Notes: generated by a model not told the origin, from the letters alone. A stretch of DNA of 64,000 nt from Octopus vulgaris (GCA_951406725.2 OX597834.1:41540001-41604000), one strand, 5' to 3'. Positions 13,332 through 26,973 are shown, counted from the first letter of the stretch. Made by a program: numbers and translations.

Positions 13332-13405
<74 letters not shown>

Positions 13406-13757
13406 GGAGTAAACACATAAATGTGAAACAAGGTGGAAAAAAGAGTACTCAAATACCAGTAGTATTTTAAATAAAGTATATATATATATATGCATGTGTG
13501 TGTGTGTGTTTATACATATATATATATATGTGTGTGTGTGTGTGAGCGCATATACATGTATACATATCCATATGCACATGCATATACACATACAAACTTA
13601 CATGCATACACAACGGAAGGTGATGGACGGTGGTACGTTGATTGTCGATTGGAAATTGGATAACTTTATATCCCTGGTTGATGGGAAACTCAGAGTAATG
13701 AATCTGAATGTTCCGTGCTTGTAGTTAATATTTTGTATATATATATGTGTGTGTGTG

Positions 13758-13848
<91 letters not shown>

Positions 13849-13851
13849 TTG

Positions 13852-14154
<303 letters not shown>

Positions 14155-14481
14155 TGTATGTATGTATGTATGTATGTCTTGTAGGAGTGCTTTTGCTTAG
14201 TTTTAAAGCTCCACGTAGATTGTCGTAAACCAGTCTTCTTCATCTTGTGTTGGATCATTCGTATATCCGTACATAAGCTGATAGACTATGATGTGCGGAA
14301 AATTTGACTGTTATTTCTAGCGATCCTACTTAAAATACAGAGTTTTATGTAGTTGCCCCCTCTTCGTTGATCTTAAACGTACACAAACATATATACATAC
14401 ATGAACTCATACAGATATGTGTGCATGGAAGGAATACTGAGGTTATCACACCCATCCTATACGATCTCAATATTATCTGAG

Positions 14482-14866
14482 TGGAGGCGCAATGGCCCAG
14501 TGGTTAGGGCAGCGGACTCGCGGTCATAGGATCGCGGTTTCGATTCCCAGACCGGGCGTTGTGAGTGTTTATTGAGCGAAAACACCTAAAAGCTCCACGA
14601 GGCTCTGGCAGGGGATGGTGGTGATCCCTGCTGTACTCTTTCACTACAACTTTCTCTCACTCTTACTTCCTGTTTCTGTTGTACCTGTATTTCAAAGGGC
14701 CGGCCTTGTCACTCTCTGTGTCACGCTGAATATCCCCGATAACTACGTTAAGGGTACACGTGTCTGTGGAGTGCTCAGCCACTTACACGTTAATTTCACG
14801 AGCAGGCTGTTTTTTTGATTCGGATCAACCGGAACCCTCGTCGTCGTAACCGACGGAGTGCTTCCA
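14482..14866 (+). mobile_element. SINE family C (tRNA-like head), full length
   Basis: GGCGCAATGGCCCAGTGGTTAGGGC...GGTTTCGATTCCC; target-site duplication CAATATTATCT. Confidence 0.9.
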
Positions 14867-14884
14867 ATATTATCTATCATTGTG

Positions 14885-15100
14885 AGGCAGCAAGGTGGCA
14901 GAGTCGTTAGCACGCCGGACAAAATGCTTAACGTCTTTTAGTCTGCCTTTATGTTCTGAGTTCGAATTCCGCCGAAGTCGTCTTTGCTTTTCATCCTTTC
15001 GGGACCGATAGATTAAGTACCAGTAGAGCTTTGGGGTTGATGTAATCGACTATCTCCGTCCCCCAAAATTTCAGGCCTTGTGCCTATAGCAGAAAGGAAT
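14885..15100 (+). mobile_element. SINE family B
   Basis: Family core motif. Confidence 0.75.
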
Positions 15101-15404
15101 ATTATCTATTATCGTGACCAACATGTTATACACCGCAACTTTGTTGAAAGGTTGATTCTATGGATGAGATTATATTGATCATATATAAAATAGAAATCAC
15201 AGTTATAATATGCAATATGGAAGAATAGTAGTGAAATTTTCTTATCAAGAACTCACGAGCACAAACAAAATATACCAGGCAAAATGATTTAGAACAGAGG
15301 AAAACTTAGACACAGTAGTGGTAATTAGTTGCGCAACAGATGTTAACATAATGATGCTAACAGAAAGTTGTAGTCATTTCACCTAGCTTATTGCTTTAGA
15401 TAAA

Positions 15405-15717
15405 CGTTAACGTCACCCTTTTCAAGCCTAGCCAGGCTCATGAGAACGGTTTCCCGGTTTCTGTGGCCTATGTGTTCCCTCCAGCTGGACAGGACGCCAA
15501 TCCATCGCAGCGTTACTCAAGAAACAAAGAAGAAAGAGTGAAAGAAAGTTGTGGCGAAAGAATACAACAGGGGTCGCCACCACCCCCTGCCGGAGCTTCG
15601 TGGAGCTTTTAGGCGTTTTCAATCAATAAACACACACAACGCCCGGTCTGGGAATCGAAACCGCGATCCTCCGACCGCGAGTCCGCTGCCCTAACCACTG
15701 GGCCATTGCGCCTCCAC
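15405..15717 (-). mobile_element. SINE with family C head and a different tail
   Basis: TSD ATTGCTTTAGATA on both sides. Confidence 0.85.
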
Positions 15718-15849
15718 ATTGCTTTAGATATATGCCTATAATTATTGGGGCATTAAGTAACCTCCTTAGCACTAATAGATGCTGGGCTTCGCAAAACCTA
15801 AAAGAAAACAGCTGCGAAGCAAATATTATGAAAGTCTACTCATTCCATA

Positions 15850-16186
15850 ATCGACCCCGGGACTTATTCTTTGTAAGCCCAGTACTTATTCTATCGGTCT
15901 CTTTTGCCGAACCGCTAAGTGACGGGGACGTAAACAATCCAGCATCGGTTGTCAAGCAATGCTAGGGGAACAAACACAGACACAAACATATTCACACACA
16001 CTTATATATATATACATATATACGACAGGCTTCTTTCAGTTTCCGTCTACCAAATCCACTCACAAGGCATTGGTCGGCTCGGGGCTATAGTAGAAGACAC
16101 TTGCCCAAGATGCCACGCAGTGGAACTGAACCCGGAACCATGTGGCTGGTTAGCAAGCTACTTACCAAACAGCCACTCCTGCGCCT
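15850..16186 (-). mobile_element. SINE family A (3'-truncated)
   Basis: Sequence match to family A. Confidence 0.85.
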
Positions 16187-17727
16187 ATGTACATATACAG
16201 AACCTAAAATATACAGATTCACATACACGATAACAATCATCCTTGCACACTGATATATGTATGCTCATAAATATACTTACATATATGAGACCAAAGTGTA
16301 CGTACGCCGCTATATTTTATATATAAAAAATATGAAAATGGGACAAGAACGCAAAACATTCAAACAGTTAGGTGAAACAAAAATGGGACAACAAAATATC
16401 CAGACAGACGATATAAGGAAAACAAGGACGGATCATTCGGAATTAGGTATATATACTGTAGAGTTTCATGGATACGCAATTTGGAGAGAATGAGACGCAG
16501 TGATATCGACAGTAATTCTTGACTGGTACTTGATCCACCTCGAAGGGGTAAAAGTTAAACTTGGCATCGATGTGGTTTGAACGTACATTGCCGAAGCAAA
16601 TGTCACACAGCGCTGTATCTGGTGATATACGTACTTAACCGATTCGCTGTCTAAAGATGAGATGAGTGCGAATGTGTGAAGCTATTTCAGCTCTTTCAAA
16701 CACACAGCAGAAATACGTTGCTGTCAAATGTTACAGATTTTATTGAAAATATTAATATATTTTAAAGGCTTAGTCAAATGAAGAGAAGCAGTGTCCACCC
16801 ATGACCTTTTATCAGAGCCCCTGAAGACAGAAGAAATGAACAACAATATGGGGTATTCACACAGAGGACTCCTTGCCTGAATGATTGCAACAGAATGAAC
16901 TCTGCAAAAGACAATCAAGAGACGAAGAGATGACGCTATACACTGCCACAAATTTCTCATGTCCAAGAATAGGAATTATTTTCGAATCTCCATGTATGAA
17001 ACCATTAACCGTTCCCACCGACAAAAAGAGACAACATTCGATACTGCGTGACAGATGATGCAGACGAGGTCAACTGTGACGTCAGTTCTGAATTCGAATT
17101 GTATCGTTTTACTGTGGAAACATGAGTGATTAGGAATGGACAATAATCACCAGATCAAATAAGTAGACTTGCAATTTGGTCGGAGGTCACCCTGGGTACA
17201 TTACAAAAGGAGTGTATTAAGATCAGAGAAGTATGTTATATCTCGTAACTGAATATATTTTTTTCAGAAATGTTATTATCTCTAGAATGTGGTAATCAAC
17301 CAAGAGACATCTTTCATCTTTAACTTCGGCGTCAGTTGCTCTTTTTCGGACAGGAGAAGAAATTCTCCAGAATAAATAATTAATCTCCAAGCCACTTCCC
17401 AACGCTTACTCGAGTGTCACAGAATGTGAACAGGAATCGTAGCTGAGCAACTATTTCGGCGCCGTCAGTGAGATAACAAGTGCATTGAGATTTGAAATAA
17501 GATCTATGGACGGTTTTGTTTCTAGACAACCATGCAATGGTATTTTGAACATCCGTTACGGTTGACATAATCTGTGTCATCTAATAAGCAGTATAGGTTT
17601 TGGAGTGGAGCGGGAAACGTTATAACCATGAAGACTGTAAATTAATTCGAGCAAACTTTCTCTGGAAAAGAATTGAGAGAGAGCTCACGAAACTGAGTTT
17701 ATCTGATAAACCTATCACAGAGACTAG

Positions 17728-18217
17728 TGCAGGGTAGTGATGATGGATTTTCTGGCAAAGTGCACCACAATTAACGTGACATATTATTCTTCTCTGGTAC
17801 AAAAATTGTGGGACGCCATCAAAGCAGAGGGCTGTGGCATGCTGACCAAAGGAGTCCGCCTCCTCCAAGACAATGCCCTAGTTCACAATGCGCATGTTAC
17901 CCATGAAAGCACACTCCTGTGGCTATGAAATCCTTCCTCATCCCCCCTTACTCTCCCGCCTTCGCACCTTCTAACTTCTACCTCTTTCCAGCCATGAAAT
18001 CTTTTTTCTAAGGGGGAGCACTTTTCGGATGATGAACTTAGTTGTGAGGTAATGTTTGGGATCCAGACGCAACCTATCAACTTCTACGGACGAGGTATTC
18101 ACAACTGCATAACTGTGTCACCATTGGTGTTGGTTATGCAGAGAAGAACTAATAATCATGTCAAGTTTCATTTATCCCAGTCCTTGAGAAGTGGAAATAT
18201 TTAATGAACACCCCTCG
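17728..18217 (+). mobile_element. Mariner transposase C-terminal relic with right terminus
   Basis: TINVTYYSSL..LWDAIK...LLQDNA.VH and PHPPYSPAFAPSNFYLF; ends ...aacacccctcg|TA. Confidence 0.85.
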
Positions 18218-18748
18218 TATCGGATGTCATATTCATCTACTTAATAAACTTTCTTTAACTCTCAATATTAAAACATAGTTCTTGGAATATCTAGGACTTT
18301 TATTAAAGGTTCATTAAAAATCGTCTATGTCTGTCCTCTTAGCTGTGGAAAAATATAACGCAGGAAAAATAATGTATGCATGATTGAGCGAAGTGTAACA
18401 TTTCCCTAGCGGTACAAGTTTCACAACCGGCTATCAGTAACTAGAATAACAAATACTCCGTGCGCTGTAAGTAAATACATCGATACCGTTGCTTGTTATG
18501 AGTGGAATGTTTCTTTTCATTTCTCTATTTCTTTTTGGGGGGATAAGGAATTATTAAAAGATTATTCTATTCATACTAAGCAATTCTATACCTACTTTGC
18601 CTACCCCTATATACGGGGTCACATCTACGTGGTTATCAATCATGTTCTTATTCTCGTTGGGCTATTTAGATGACATACTTGTATGACTCTGTATGTACAT
18701 TTATATACGTGGCGTCATTTAAGAGTTACATTCGAAGAAAGTTTGACG

Positions 18749-19000
18749 GTGATTTGAAGGAAATTTGGCTGTGATTTGAGCGATATTTAACTGTGATTTG
18801 AGGGAAATTTAACTGTGACTTGAGGGAAATTTGGCTGTGATTTGAGCGAGATTTAACTGTGATTTGAGGGAAATTTAGCTGTGATTTGAGGGAAATTTAA
18901 CTGTGACTTGAGGGAAATTTGGCTGTGATTTGAGTGAGATTTAACTGTGATTTGAGGAAGATTTAGCAGTGATTTGAGGGAGAATTATCTGTAATCTTAA
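18749..19000. repeat. 22-bp minisatellite, ~11 copies
   Basis: Unit gtgatttgagggaaatttaact with recurring variants. Confidence 0.9.
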
Positions 19001-19139
19001 GGTGAATTGGTTGAACATTGAAGGGGGTCTGGCTGTGATGTAATAAGGACCTGTTAGAGATTAGGCCTGTGTTTCTAATAGGTCTAACACATGTACCGAG
19101 GTATTCACTTTGGCTAGAATGAGGTTATTCTGTGAAATT

Positions 19140-19430
19140 AGGTATAACGATATATCATAGTGTTCATTTTATTTGCCTCACCTGTTGGTCGTTTGTCACA
19201 TGAGAAGAGATCTACTTTCCCTTTCTTCACGCTGCAGCTAATTAATTCTCTTCTGTTGTCTGCCATACTGAATATACGCAAACATTCACTTATCCATGAG
19301 TGTGGGATCATGTCATAGGCTTTCCTATAATCCATCCAGGCTATTGTTAGATTTTTTTCTTTCTAGCTTTTACTTCATTTAGAACTGCTTTGTCTATGTA
19401 TAATAGATCACGCGTTCCCCTAGCCTTCTA
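19140..19430 (-). mobile_element. Non-LTR reverse transcriptase fragment
   Basis: WMDYRKAYDMIPHSWISECL, homologous to WIDYKKAFDSIPQTWILETL in the 60477-61277 ORF. Confidence 0.75.
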
Positions 19431-19519
19431 CCTGCCTGTTGAGATGCTCTGAAGGAGCAAGAAGACTGCACATGGAGACTGCATGATCAATGGTTTCATA
19501 TTATTATTATTATTATTAT

Positions 19520-19725
19520 TCAGTAGTTTTATTTTTATAGCGTGCTTTCACTTCACTACCGAGCGCAGCTTTGTGTGCCTTGGGTATGTGCTGTGATTTG
19601 TTGTGACGCTCTGATGGTTATTGTTTGGAAAGTGTTCTGCGTAGGATGTGTGCAGTGCCTAGTAGTGCAATTTTCTGTATGTTATATGTGTTTGTAAGTC
19701 CTGGTGTTTTTGTTATGTATTTGTC
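19520..19725 (-). mobile_element. 3' end of the R4/Dong-like LINE embedded in (TAA)n
   Basis: Near-identical to 58868-59074; (TAT)n on both sides. Confidence 0.85.
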
Positions 19726-19773
<48 letters not shown>

Positions 19774-19774
<1 letters not shown>

Positions 19775-20207
19775 GAGTGAGAGAGCAGTTCATGCCATCA
19801 AAGTGACACTGGGGTAAAATATACGAAGCCCAATATACCCATCATGACTACCCGTCTGATAAGGGTACACCAGGCACATGCATCACAACCATATGTGCGC
19901 GACATGGCGATCTCATATCAAGGTAAACGGCGCATAACCTTGCAGGTGGGGTCCAGTTAGAATTTTCTTCAGGTCGAATAACCCATCCCGCTCAAAAGGT
20001 CCCTGAATAAGGGTTGTTTAAGGATGTTGAAAGAACCACCCATGTTTCCAGAGGTGAATTATTCAAACCCCAAAGAATTCCTCTGAACACATGGCTATGA
20101 TGCTCCCCCACTACTTCTGCTCGTGATCAGAGATGCACATATCGTCAGCCACTAAGGGACATCCTCAACTGGTTATGGTCAAACAACTGACAAGCAAATC
20201 TGTGGTA

Positions 20208-20210
<3 letters not shown>
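19774..20210. mobile_element. Unclassified insertion flanked by (TAT)n on both sides
   Basis: Complex, GC-richer ~435 bp block between two TAT arrays; single copy in this window. Confidence 0.45.
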
Positions 20211-20290
<80 letters not shown>

Positions 20291-20320
20291 TATTATTATT
20301 ATTATCAATTTGTCTAACAG

Positions 20321-20507
20321 AACGAGTCATGTGCGGGACAGAAATGATGAAATGGGGCACGCTATTGACGGTTTGTATGATGACATTTCCCGTCAAATTT
20401 CAGACAGCGAAACAAACCAAGAGAGAGCAAATTACCTCGAAAAACAACTTGCTCGCTCGAAAGAGAAATATGTCCAGCTTGCGAATGAAATGAAACCACT
20501 TGCATCG
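20321..20507 (+). CDS. IF-2 exon 2 (coil 1B)
   Basis: tctaacag|A...TCG|gtaaat; 187 nt, same as IF-3 exon 2; TSHVRDRNDE...NEMKPLAS. Confidence 0.92.
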
Positions 20508-20593
20508 GTAAATTGAAATACTTTATCATTACAACACGTTTATCTGTCTATCTATGTATCTGTCTATCCCTTTATCTCACTCTCTCTCTCTCT

Positions 20594-20642
<49 letters not shown>

Positions 20643-20647
<5 letters not shown>

Positions 20648-20843
20648 ATCCAAACAAGAAAGCACAAAAAAACACAACGCGAGGAGGACGTGGAACAAAT
20701 ATAGTATTATTGGACGCTCAGGAAAGAAGGAAAGAAGGAGGGTTTAACGTTTCGAGTGGAGCTCTTCGTCGGAAACATAGGAGAAAGAAAGATCCAGAGA
20801 AGGGAAGACAGAGGAAAAAAATCGCCAACGGTACACACGAGGT

Positions 20844-20845
<2 letters not shown>
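20643..20845 (-). mobile_element. Family P2 repeat
   Basis: Reverse complement of 13852-14058. Confidence 0.75.
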
Positions 20846-20876
<31 letters not shown>

Positions 20877-21975
20877 GATGTATATCAATGCATCTATTTA
20901 TCTTTCAGTCAGTCATTCATTTAATAATCATTCTATGTATGTGTGTCTTTATATATATGTATATATATATGTATATATGTATATATATATATATATGTAT
21001 ATATGTATATATATATATGTATATATGTATATATATATGTATATATATGTATATATGTATATTTATGTGTCTTCTGTGTTTAATCATTTAAATTCTTCTT
21101 CTAAAGAAAGAGCTGGTTTCTAACGAAGATACAAAGCTCCATAATTGGAATGTAGATGACGAAAAAAATCTCATATTTTAAACCTGAGAAAAGTCTTGCA
21201 CGGTTTTACTGTTCCGCTTACCAATTGTATTTATGATGTACGAATCAGTTGTTTGATTACTTTTTCTGTGTACAGTTGTGGAAATCAGCCGCACAGCGGA
21301 CGTTAAAATAAAGCTAAAAATCAGCGAAAAAGTATATACCTACACTGAATTATTGAGGAACTTATAGCTACTATATCCAGGTTATAAGTTCAGGTTTATA
21401 CCTGTAATTATTGGAACACTGGGATATGTAACAAACTGACTAAGTGCCAATCTTGATAAGAGTAAGCTGATCCGAAGACTACAGCTTCAGGTGTTTTCGC
21501 TCAATAAACACTCACAACACATCGCCCGGTCTGGAAATCGAAACTACGATCCTATGACCGCGAGTCCGCTGCCCTAACCACTGGGCCATTGCGTCTCCAT
21601 ACGTGACATGTATCGCCAACTCTTTCCATTCTACTGGTAGAAGCTGGAGAAGCTGCTTCTGTATGACCACTTGACCTTTCAGAAAGAGCAGCAAAAATGT
21701 TCTCAAATTACACCAAACCGACTTAAAAATATACATGTGATAATGTAGCCCTAGGTACACTTTGCCTAAATGAAAGACAGGATGATCAGTATTTGTCGTG
21801 AGTTTATTTTATCAGAGCTGACCTGCGGTCAAGCAATGCCACAAACAGCAATACCCGCTTATCATCACCTATGTAATCACGAAACTTTCGTCTTCGAGTA
21901 AGACACAATAATTCGTTATTTGGAGAGATAATTTCTTCAGAAATAATTATTTATTTTTCTTTTTGTTATTTTTAG

Positions 21976-22071
21976 GATTTACGAGACGAAACTACTCAAA
22001 GATTGATTGAAGCTGCACGTGTCAAGTCATTAGAGAATGAACTTGCTTTCAGCACTGATGTCCATGCTCTT
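21976..22071 (+). CDS. IF-2 exon 3
   Basis: tttttag|GAT...CTT|gtaatg; 96 nt; DLRDETTQRLIEAARVKSLENELAFSTDVHAL. Confidence 0.92.
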
Positions 22072-22692
22072 GTAATGCATTTTTTCTTCGCTTTTATTTA
22101 TTTATTTATGTATTTATTTGTTTATTTGTTTATTTATTTGGTGAAACGCCATGAGATATTTCAGCCACTTTCATTCAGAAAATGTTCACATCATTTAAGG
22201 CCTTTTTCAATCTAATCCATTTAATTTGGGGTATCAGATCAACAGGAACGAATCAGGAGATTTAAAATAGTTAAAACTCAATCTGCCAGCTTTCTATCTG
22301 ATTAAAAATTCCATAATTGACAAAGAACCGTTTCTAGAACTTGTTGTGAAATTCATCTTCGTTTTCAAAAGATATTTCGTGATAAATTGCTTTTTTTTAA
22401 AGAAAGGAAAGATCCAGAATTTTGCCTGGAGAGAGATCTGGACTATACGTGGATGTGAGATAACAGAAAATCCAGCAGTTTAAATTGTAGAAATAGACAC
22501 CAGCAATGACAGTCTATAACAGTCCGTAAGAGCTTGTCACCAAAATCGCAAAAAATCATTGCTTGGATGATTCCTTAGTTTCTGGGGTCAAAAGAGACTT
22601 TGGTATATTATTTTGTGATATAGTATTTGGAAAAAGCAATCCCATAGTTTATAAACAGCTAGAAAGACAGTTTATAAAAACATTTCCCAAAA

Positions 22693-23111
22693 TAGGCGCA
22701 GGAGTGGCTGTGTGGTAGGTAGCTTGTTTACCAACCACATGGTTCCGGGTTCAGTCCCACTGCGTGGAATCTTGGGCAAGTGTCTTCTGCTATAGCCCCG
22801 GGCCGACCAATGCCTTGTGAGTGGATTTGGTAGACGGAAACTGAAAGAAGCCTGTCGTATATATGTATATATATATATATGTGTGTGTGTGTTTGTGTGT
22901 GTGTGATTGTCCCCCTAGCATTGCTTGACAACCGATGCTGGTGTGTTTACGTCCCCGTCACTTAGCGGTTCGGCAAAAGAGACTGATAGAATAAGTACTG
23001 GGCTTACAAAGCATAAGTCCCGGGGTCGATTTGCTCGACTAAAGGCGGTGCTCCAGCATGGCCGCAGTCAAATGACTGAAACAAGTAAAAGAGTAAAAGA
23101 GTAAAGAGTAA
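22693..23111 (+). mobile_element. SINE family A, full length
   Basis: Flanked by duplicated acagtttataaaaa(c/t)atttcc. Confidence 0.9.
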
Positions 23112-23599
23112 ACAGTTTATAAAAATATTTCCATATTCATAATTTCAAGCCCTTTCCTATCTTTTGTCTATGCCTTTCATAAAATTATTTATTTCTTCTT
23201 GTCGACTTTACTCACTGATTGTAAAAGGATTTGGGGGTCCGCGATGTGAACACTCTTTTCTGATCTCGACCACCATCCTTGGACACAACCGTCTCTGAGA
23301 AAGTGTGGGATCGAAGGCAGAATTAAATAATGTTTTTTATCGACACGAATGGGTCAAAATCAAACTCGGCTGGATTTGAACTCATAATGCCGAGAGCGGG
23401 GATAAATACCGCAGACATTCCATCCAACTCCACCAATTGGTTACCCTTGATAAAATAAGTAGCAGCAATATATAATTTTCTATATTCACGTCTGTCTACT
23501 CGAATGTTTAAAATGTAGATTATCTTCTCAATAGAGTCTGCGGTGAGAGACTTTGCTTCAGCACTAATTACCGTTTCGTTTTCAAATTTCTACTTGCAG

Positions 23600-23764
23600 G
23601 AGATGAAAGAATACCGATCAATGCTATCGAAGATGAAGAACCAGCCCAGTTTATGTGATATACCGAAAGCTGACGTTGAAAGTATGGTTTCTGATTTAAG
23701 TAAAGAATATGAATCTCAGTTACAACAAATTACTACTCATCTTGAAAACAGGTATAGTGCACAG
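23600..23764 (+). CDS. IF-2 exon 4
   Basis: acttgcag|GAG...CAG|gtaaga; 165 nt; EMKEYRSMLS...LENRYSAQ. Confidence 0.92.
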
Positions 23765-24517
23765 GTAAGAAATATAGTAAAAAGAACAATTACTTTTTAA
23801 TATTTATAATAGCTCAATACAGTTTCTAAAATTCCCTTCTATAAAATTGTTTAATGCTTTGCGAATGTTGACATAATTTTACAAGACTTTTGTAAAAGCA
23901 AGTTAATTGTGCCAAAGTCTGTGCAATAATGAAAGTGTCAAGACATTGGAGGCGCAATGGCCCAGTGGACTCGCGGTTTCGATTCCCAGACAGGGCGTTG
24001 TGAGTATTTATTGAGCGAAAACACCTAAATCTCCACGAGGCTCTGGCAGGGGGGTGGTGTGGCGATCCCTGCTGTACTCTTTCGCCACAACTTTCTCTCA
24101 CTCTTTAACAAGAAATAGATGTACTTATGCAAAAATAAAAGAACACATAGAAATGACATGGAAAGGATAGAGTGCTTAAAGAGTGCTTAAAGCATAAACA
24201 ATGGATGAAAGCATTTGATTATGATAACAATGATCATGAGATAAAACCAAAACAGCCATCGTGCTAATTTGATTGCTCGAAGTGTTAAATAGATTGCTTC
24301 GAAATTAACTTGAATGCTCGAAAAGACGCTTCCGTGCATCCCGATTAATTTGAATGATGTGATTTTCTAAATTCTTTGACCGAAGTGCAAAACTGAAGGA
24401 TCGGAAAACGAATTTGAATGACTAACATCATGGCGCTAATTTTTTCCGCAAATTTTGATTGACCCGATTGTGAAATTGAATGACAAACGTATAAAAACGA
24501 CTGCAGACATTTCTATT

Positions 24518-24559
24518 GTCGTCGTCGTCCTCCCCTCCTCCTCCTCCCCCTCCTCCTCC

Positions 24560-24590
<31 letters not shown>

Positions 24591-24629
24591 CATCATCATC
24601 ACCACCATCACCATCACCATCACCACCAC

Positions 24630-24673
<44 letters not shown>

Positions 24674-24759
24674 CCATCACCATCACCATCACCATCATCT
24701 TCACCGTCATCATCATCATCATCATCATCATCGTCATCATCACCATCACCATCATCATC

Positions 24760-24825
<66 letters not shown>

Positions 24826-24848
24826 GTCGTCATCATCATCATCATCAT
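24518..24848. repeat. Compound (CGT)/(CCT)/(CAT/CAC)n trinucleotide repeat
   Basis: Directly visible; ends 25 nt before IF-2 exon 5. Confidence 0.95.
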
Positions 24849-24873
24849 TTTTATTATAATTATTATTTAACAG

Positions 24874-24996
24874 CTCAAGGAATTTCGTCTTCCCGTGATA
24901 ACTACAAATGCAGATACAGTCAATTCCTCGTGTAGAGTGCATTTCCGTTCCAAAAACAAGAAGTCACTGGAAACATTATCAGAATATGAAGGCACG
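24874..24996 (+). CDS. IF-2 exon 5
   Basis: tttaacag|CTC...ACG|gtaaga; 123 nt, phase 0-0; LKEFRLPVITTNADTVNSSCRVHFRSKNKKSLETLSEYEGT. Confidence 0.82.
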
Positions 24997-25095
24997 GTAA
25001 GAAAATCTCTCAACCATCGATCTCATATAACGTCTTTTGGTTCGTAGAGCAGAGCAGAGAGAGAGGGGCGGAGAGAGAGAGAGAAAAAGAGAGAG

Positions 25096-25153
<58 letters not shown>

Positions 25154-25254
25154 GAAATCATTAGACGGAAGGAATCACAAGAATCCCCACCTGTAACTGT
25201 CCTTTGTTCTCTCAAACACACTTTTGTTTAGAAAGTGCTCTAAGTTCATCAAAA

Positions 25255-25641
25255 TTACTTTTACTCTTTTACTTGTTTCAGTCATTTGACTGTGGCCATG
25301 CTGGAGCACAGCTTTTAGTCGAGCAGATCGACCCCAGGACTTATTCGTTGTAAGCCTGGTACTTATTCTATCGGTCTCTTTTGCCGAACCGCTAGATAAC
25401 GGGGACGTAAACACACCAACGTCGGTTGTCAAGCGAAGTTGTGGGGGGACAAACACAGACACACAAACATTCACACACACACACACACATACGCACACAC
25501 ACATATATATATATATACATATATACGACGGGCTTCTTTCAGTTTCCGTCTACCAAATCCACTCGCAAGGCTTTGGTCGGCCCAAGGCTATAGCAGAAGA
25601 CAGTTGCCCAAGCTACTTACCACACAGCCACTCCTACGCCT
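25255..25641 (-). mobile_element. SINE family A (deletion in head)
   Basis: Sequence match to family A. Confidence 0.88.
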
Positions 25642-25785
25642 ATAATTTTAACTTTTAATTTGTTAATTTTGTTTATTTGTTAATTTTTATTCTAGCTTTA
25701 TATAATCTGTAATCTATGTACAACCCTGTGGTGTGTTTTTATCATAATTTTTCAAAAATGAGAGCATTTCATTTCATTTGGAAAG

Positions 25786-26006
25786 ATTACAAACCTGAGA
25801 AATCAAATGAATTCATTAGAAGCCGAGCTGGAGATGATACAAGAACAAAAAACGAAGGAGAGGAATGAAAATGAGTTCAAAGTCAATGAACTGCGCTCGG
25901 AGATTGAATTACTTTTGAAGCAATTAAAAGATCTGATGGATTCTAAACTCACCTTGGAAACGGAGATTTCAACTTACCGGAAACTCCTTGATGGAGACGA
26001 CAATAG
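25786..26006 (+). CDS. IF-2 exon 6 (coil 2B end)
   Basis: ggaaag|ATT...AG|gtaaac; 221 nt; ...LMDSKLTLETEISTYRKLLDGDDNR. Confidence 0.93.
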
Positions 26007-26280
26007 GTAAACAAAAGGACTTTACATACTAAATAATGCTAAGAGAATGTCAAACTTCTGTTGAGAAAACTTCATGTTCAGTAAATTATGACGTAATTGT
26101 CTCCCTTGCTGAATCCACGGCTTCCAACTTATGCGGATATCTTTTTTTTTCTGCTGACCGCATTTATTTTGCTGTGAATATTTCTAAATTTGAAAATAAT
26201 GAATCCAATCCCTCTATTTCTTAACAACTGCATGATCTGTTCTTTTGTATCCGGTAGATGCAATACTTTGCATCGCTGAA

Positions 26281-26436
<156 letters not shown>

Positions 26437-26483
26437 ATATTTCGGAATGGTCATAAAAAATCTTGCACAACAAATATTTAAAC

Positions 26484-26519
<36 letters not shown>

Positions 26520-26913
26520 TAATAAATTTTAGGGTAGCAAAAAATTCTAGAAAAATTCTCCGCTACCAGCGGTCAAGTGAGAGAGAGAAAATAGTCAATA
26601 GACTATATAATATACATTCAAACATATAAGGGATGGCCACAATAGAACATCCGACTCACTAGAAAGAGCAGCTAAACTCCAAACCACTAATAGTTGTAAT
26701 TCTGAAATGGAAAGTGAAATAAAAACGTTTACCTTTATACCTGCCGTAATGCTTTATTTAGTTCGTCCTTAGTCGAAAGACACCTGTTGTTATATCCTCT
26801 TATTATTTTTATTGCATTTGTGTAACATTGTCCGTTTTTTTTTCCGTCCTTGTTCTTGTATACATTCGCTGCTTTCTTCCAAGGAATCTAATGCTCTTAG
26901 CTTAGTTTGAGAG

Positions 26914-26945
<32 letters not shown>

Positions 26946-26973
26946 TCAGTGAATGAACAAACGAAAGAAAGTC

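Noticed and set aside
14482-14560. tRNA gene (also the other SINE heads)
   Set aside because: A and B boxes are present, but the sequence continues into a repeated SINE body with TSDs and has no clean cloverleaf.
18749-19000. CRISPR array
   Set aside because: Contiguous tandem units without unique spacers, no cas genes, eukaryotic intron.
24436-24942. Poly-His, poly-Asp, poly-Ser and poly-Met ORFs
   Set aside because: Four frames of one intronic (CAT)n repeat; the real exon starts at 24874 in another frame.
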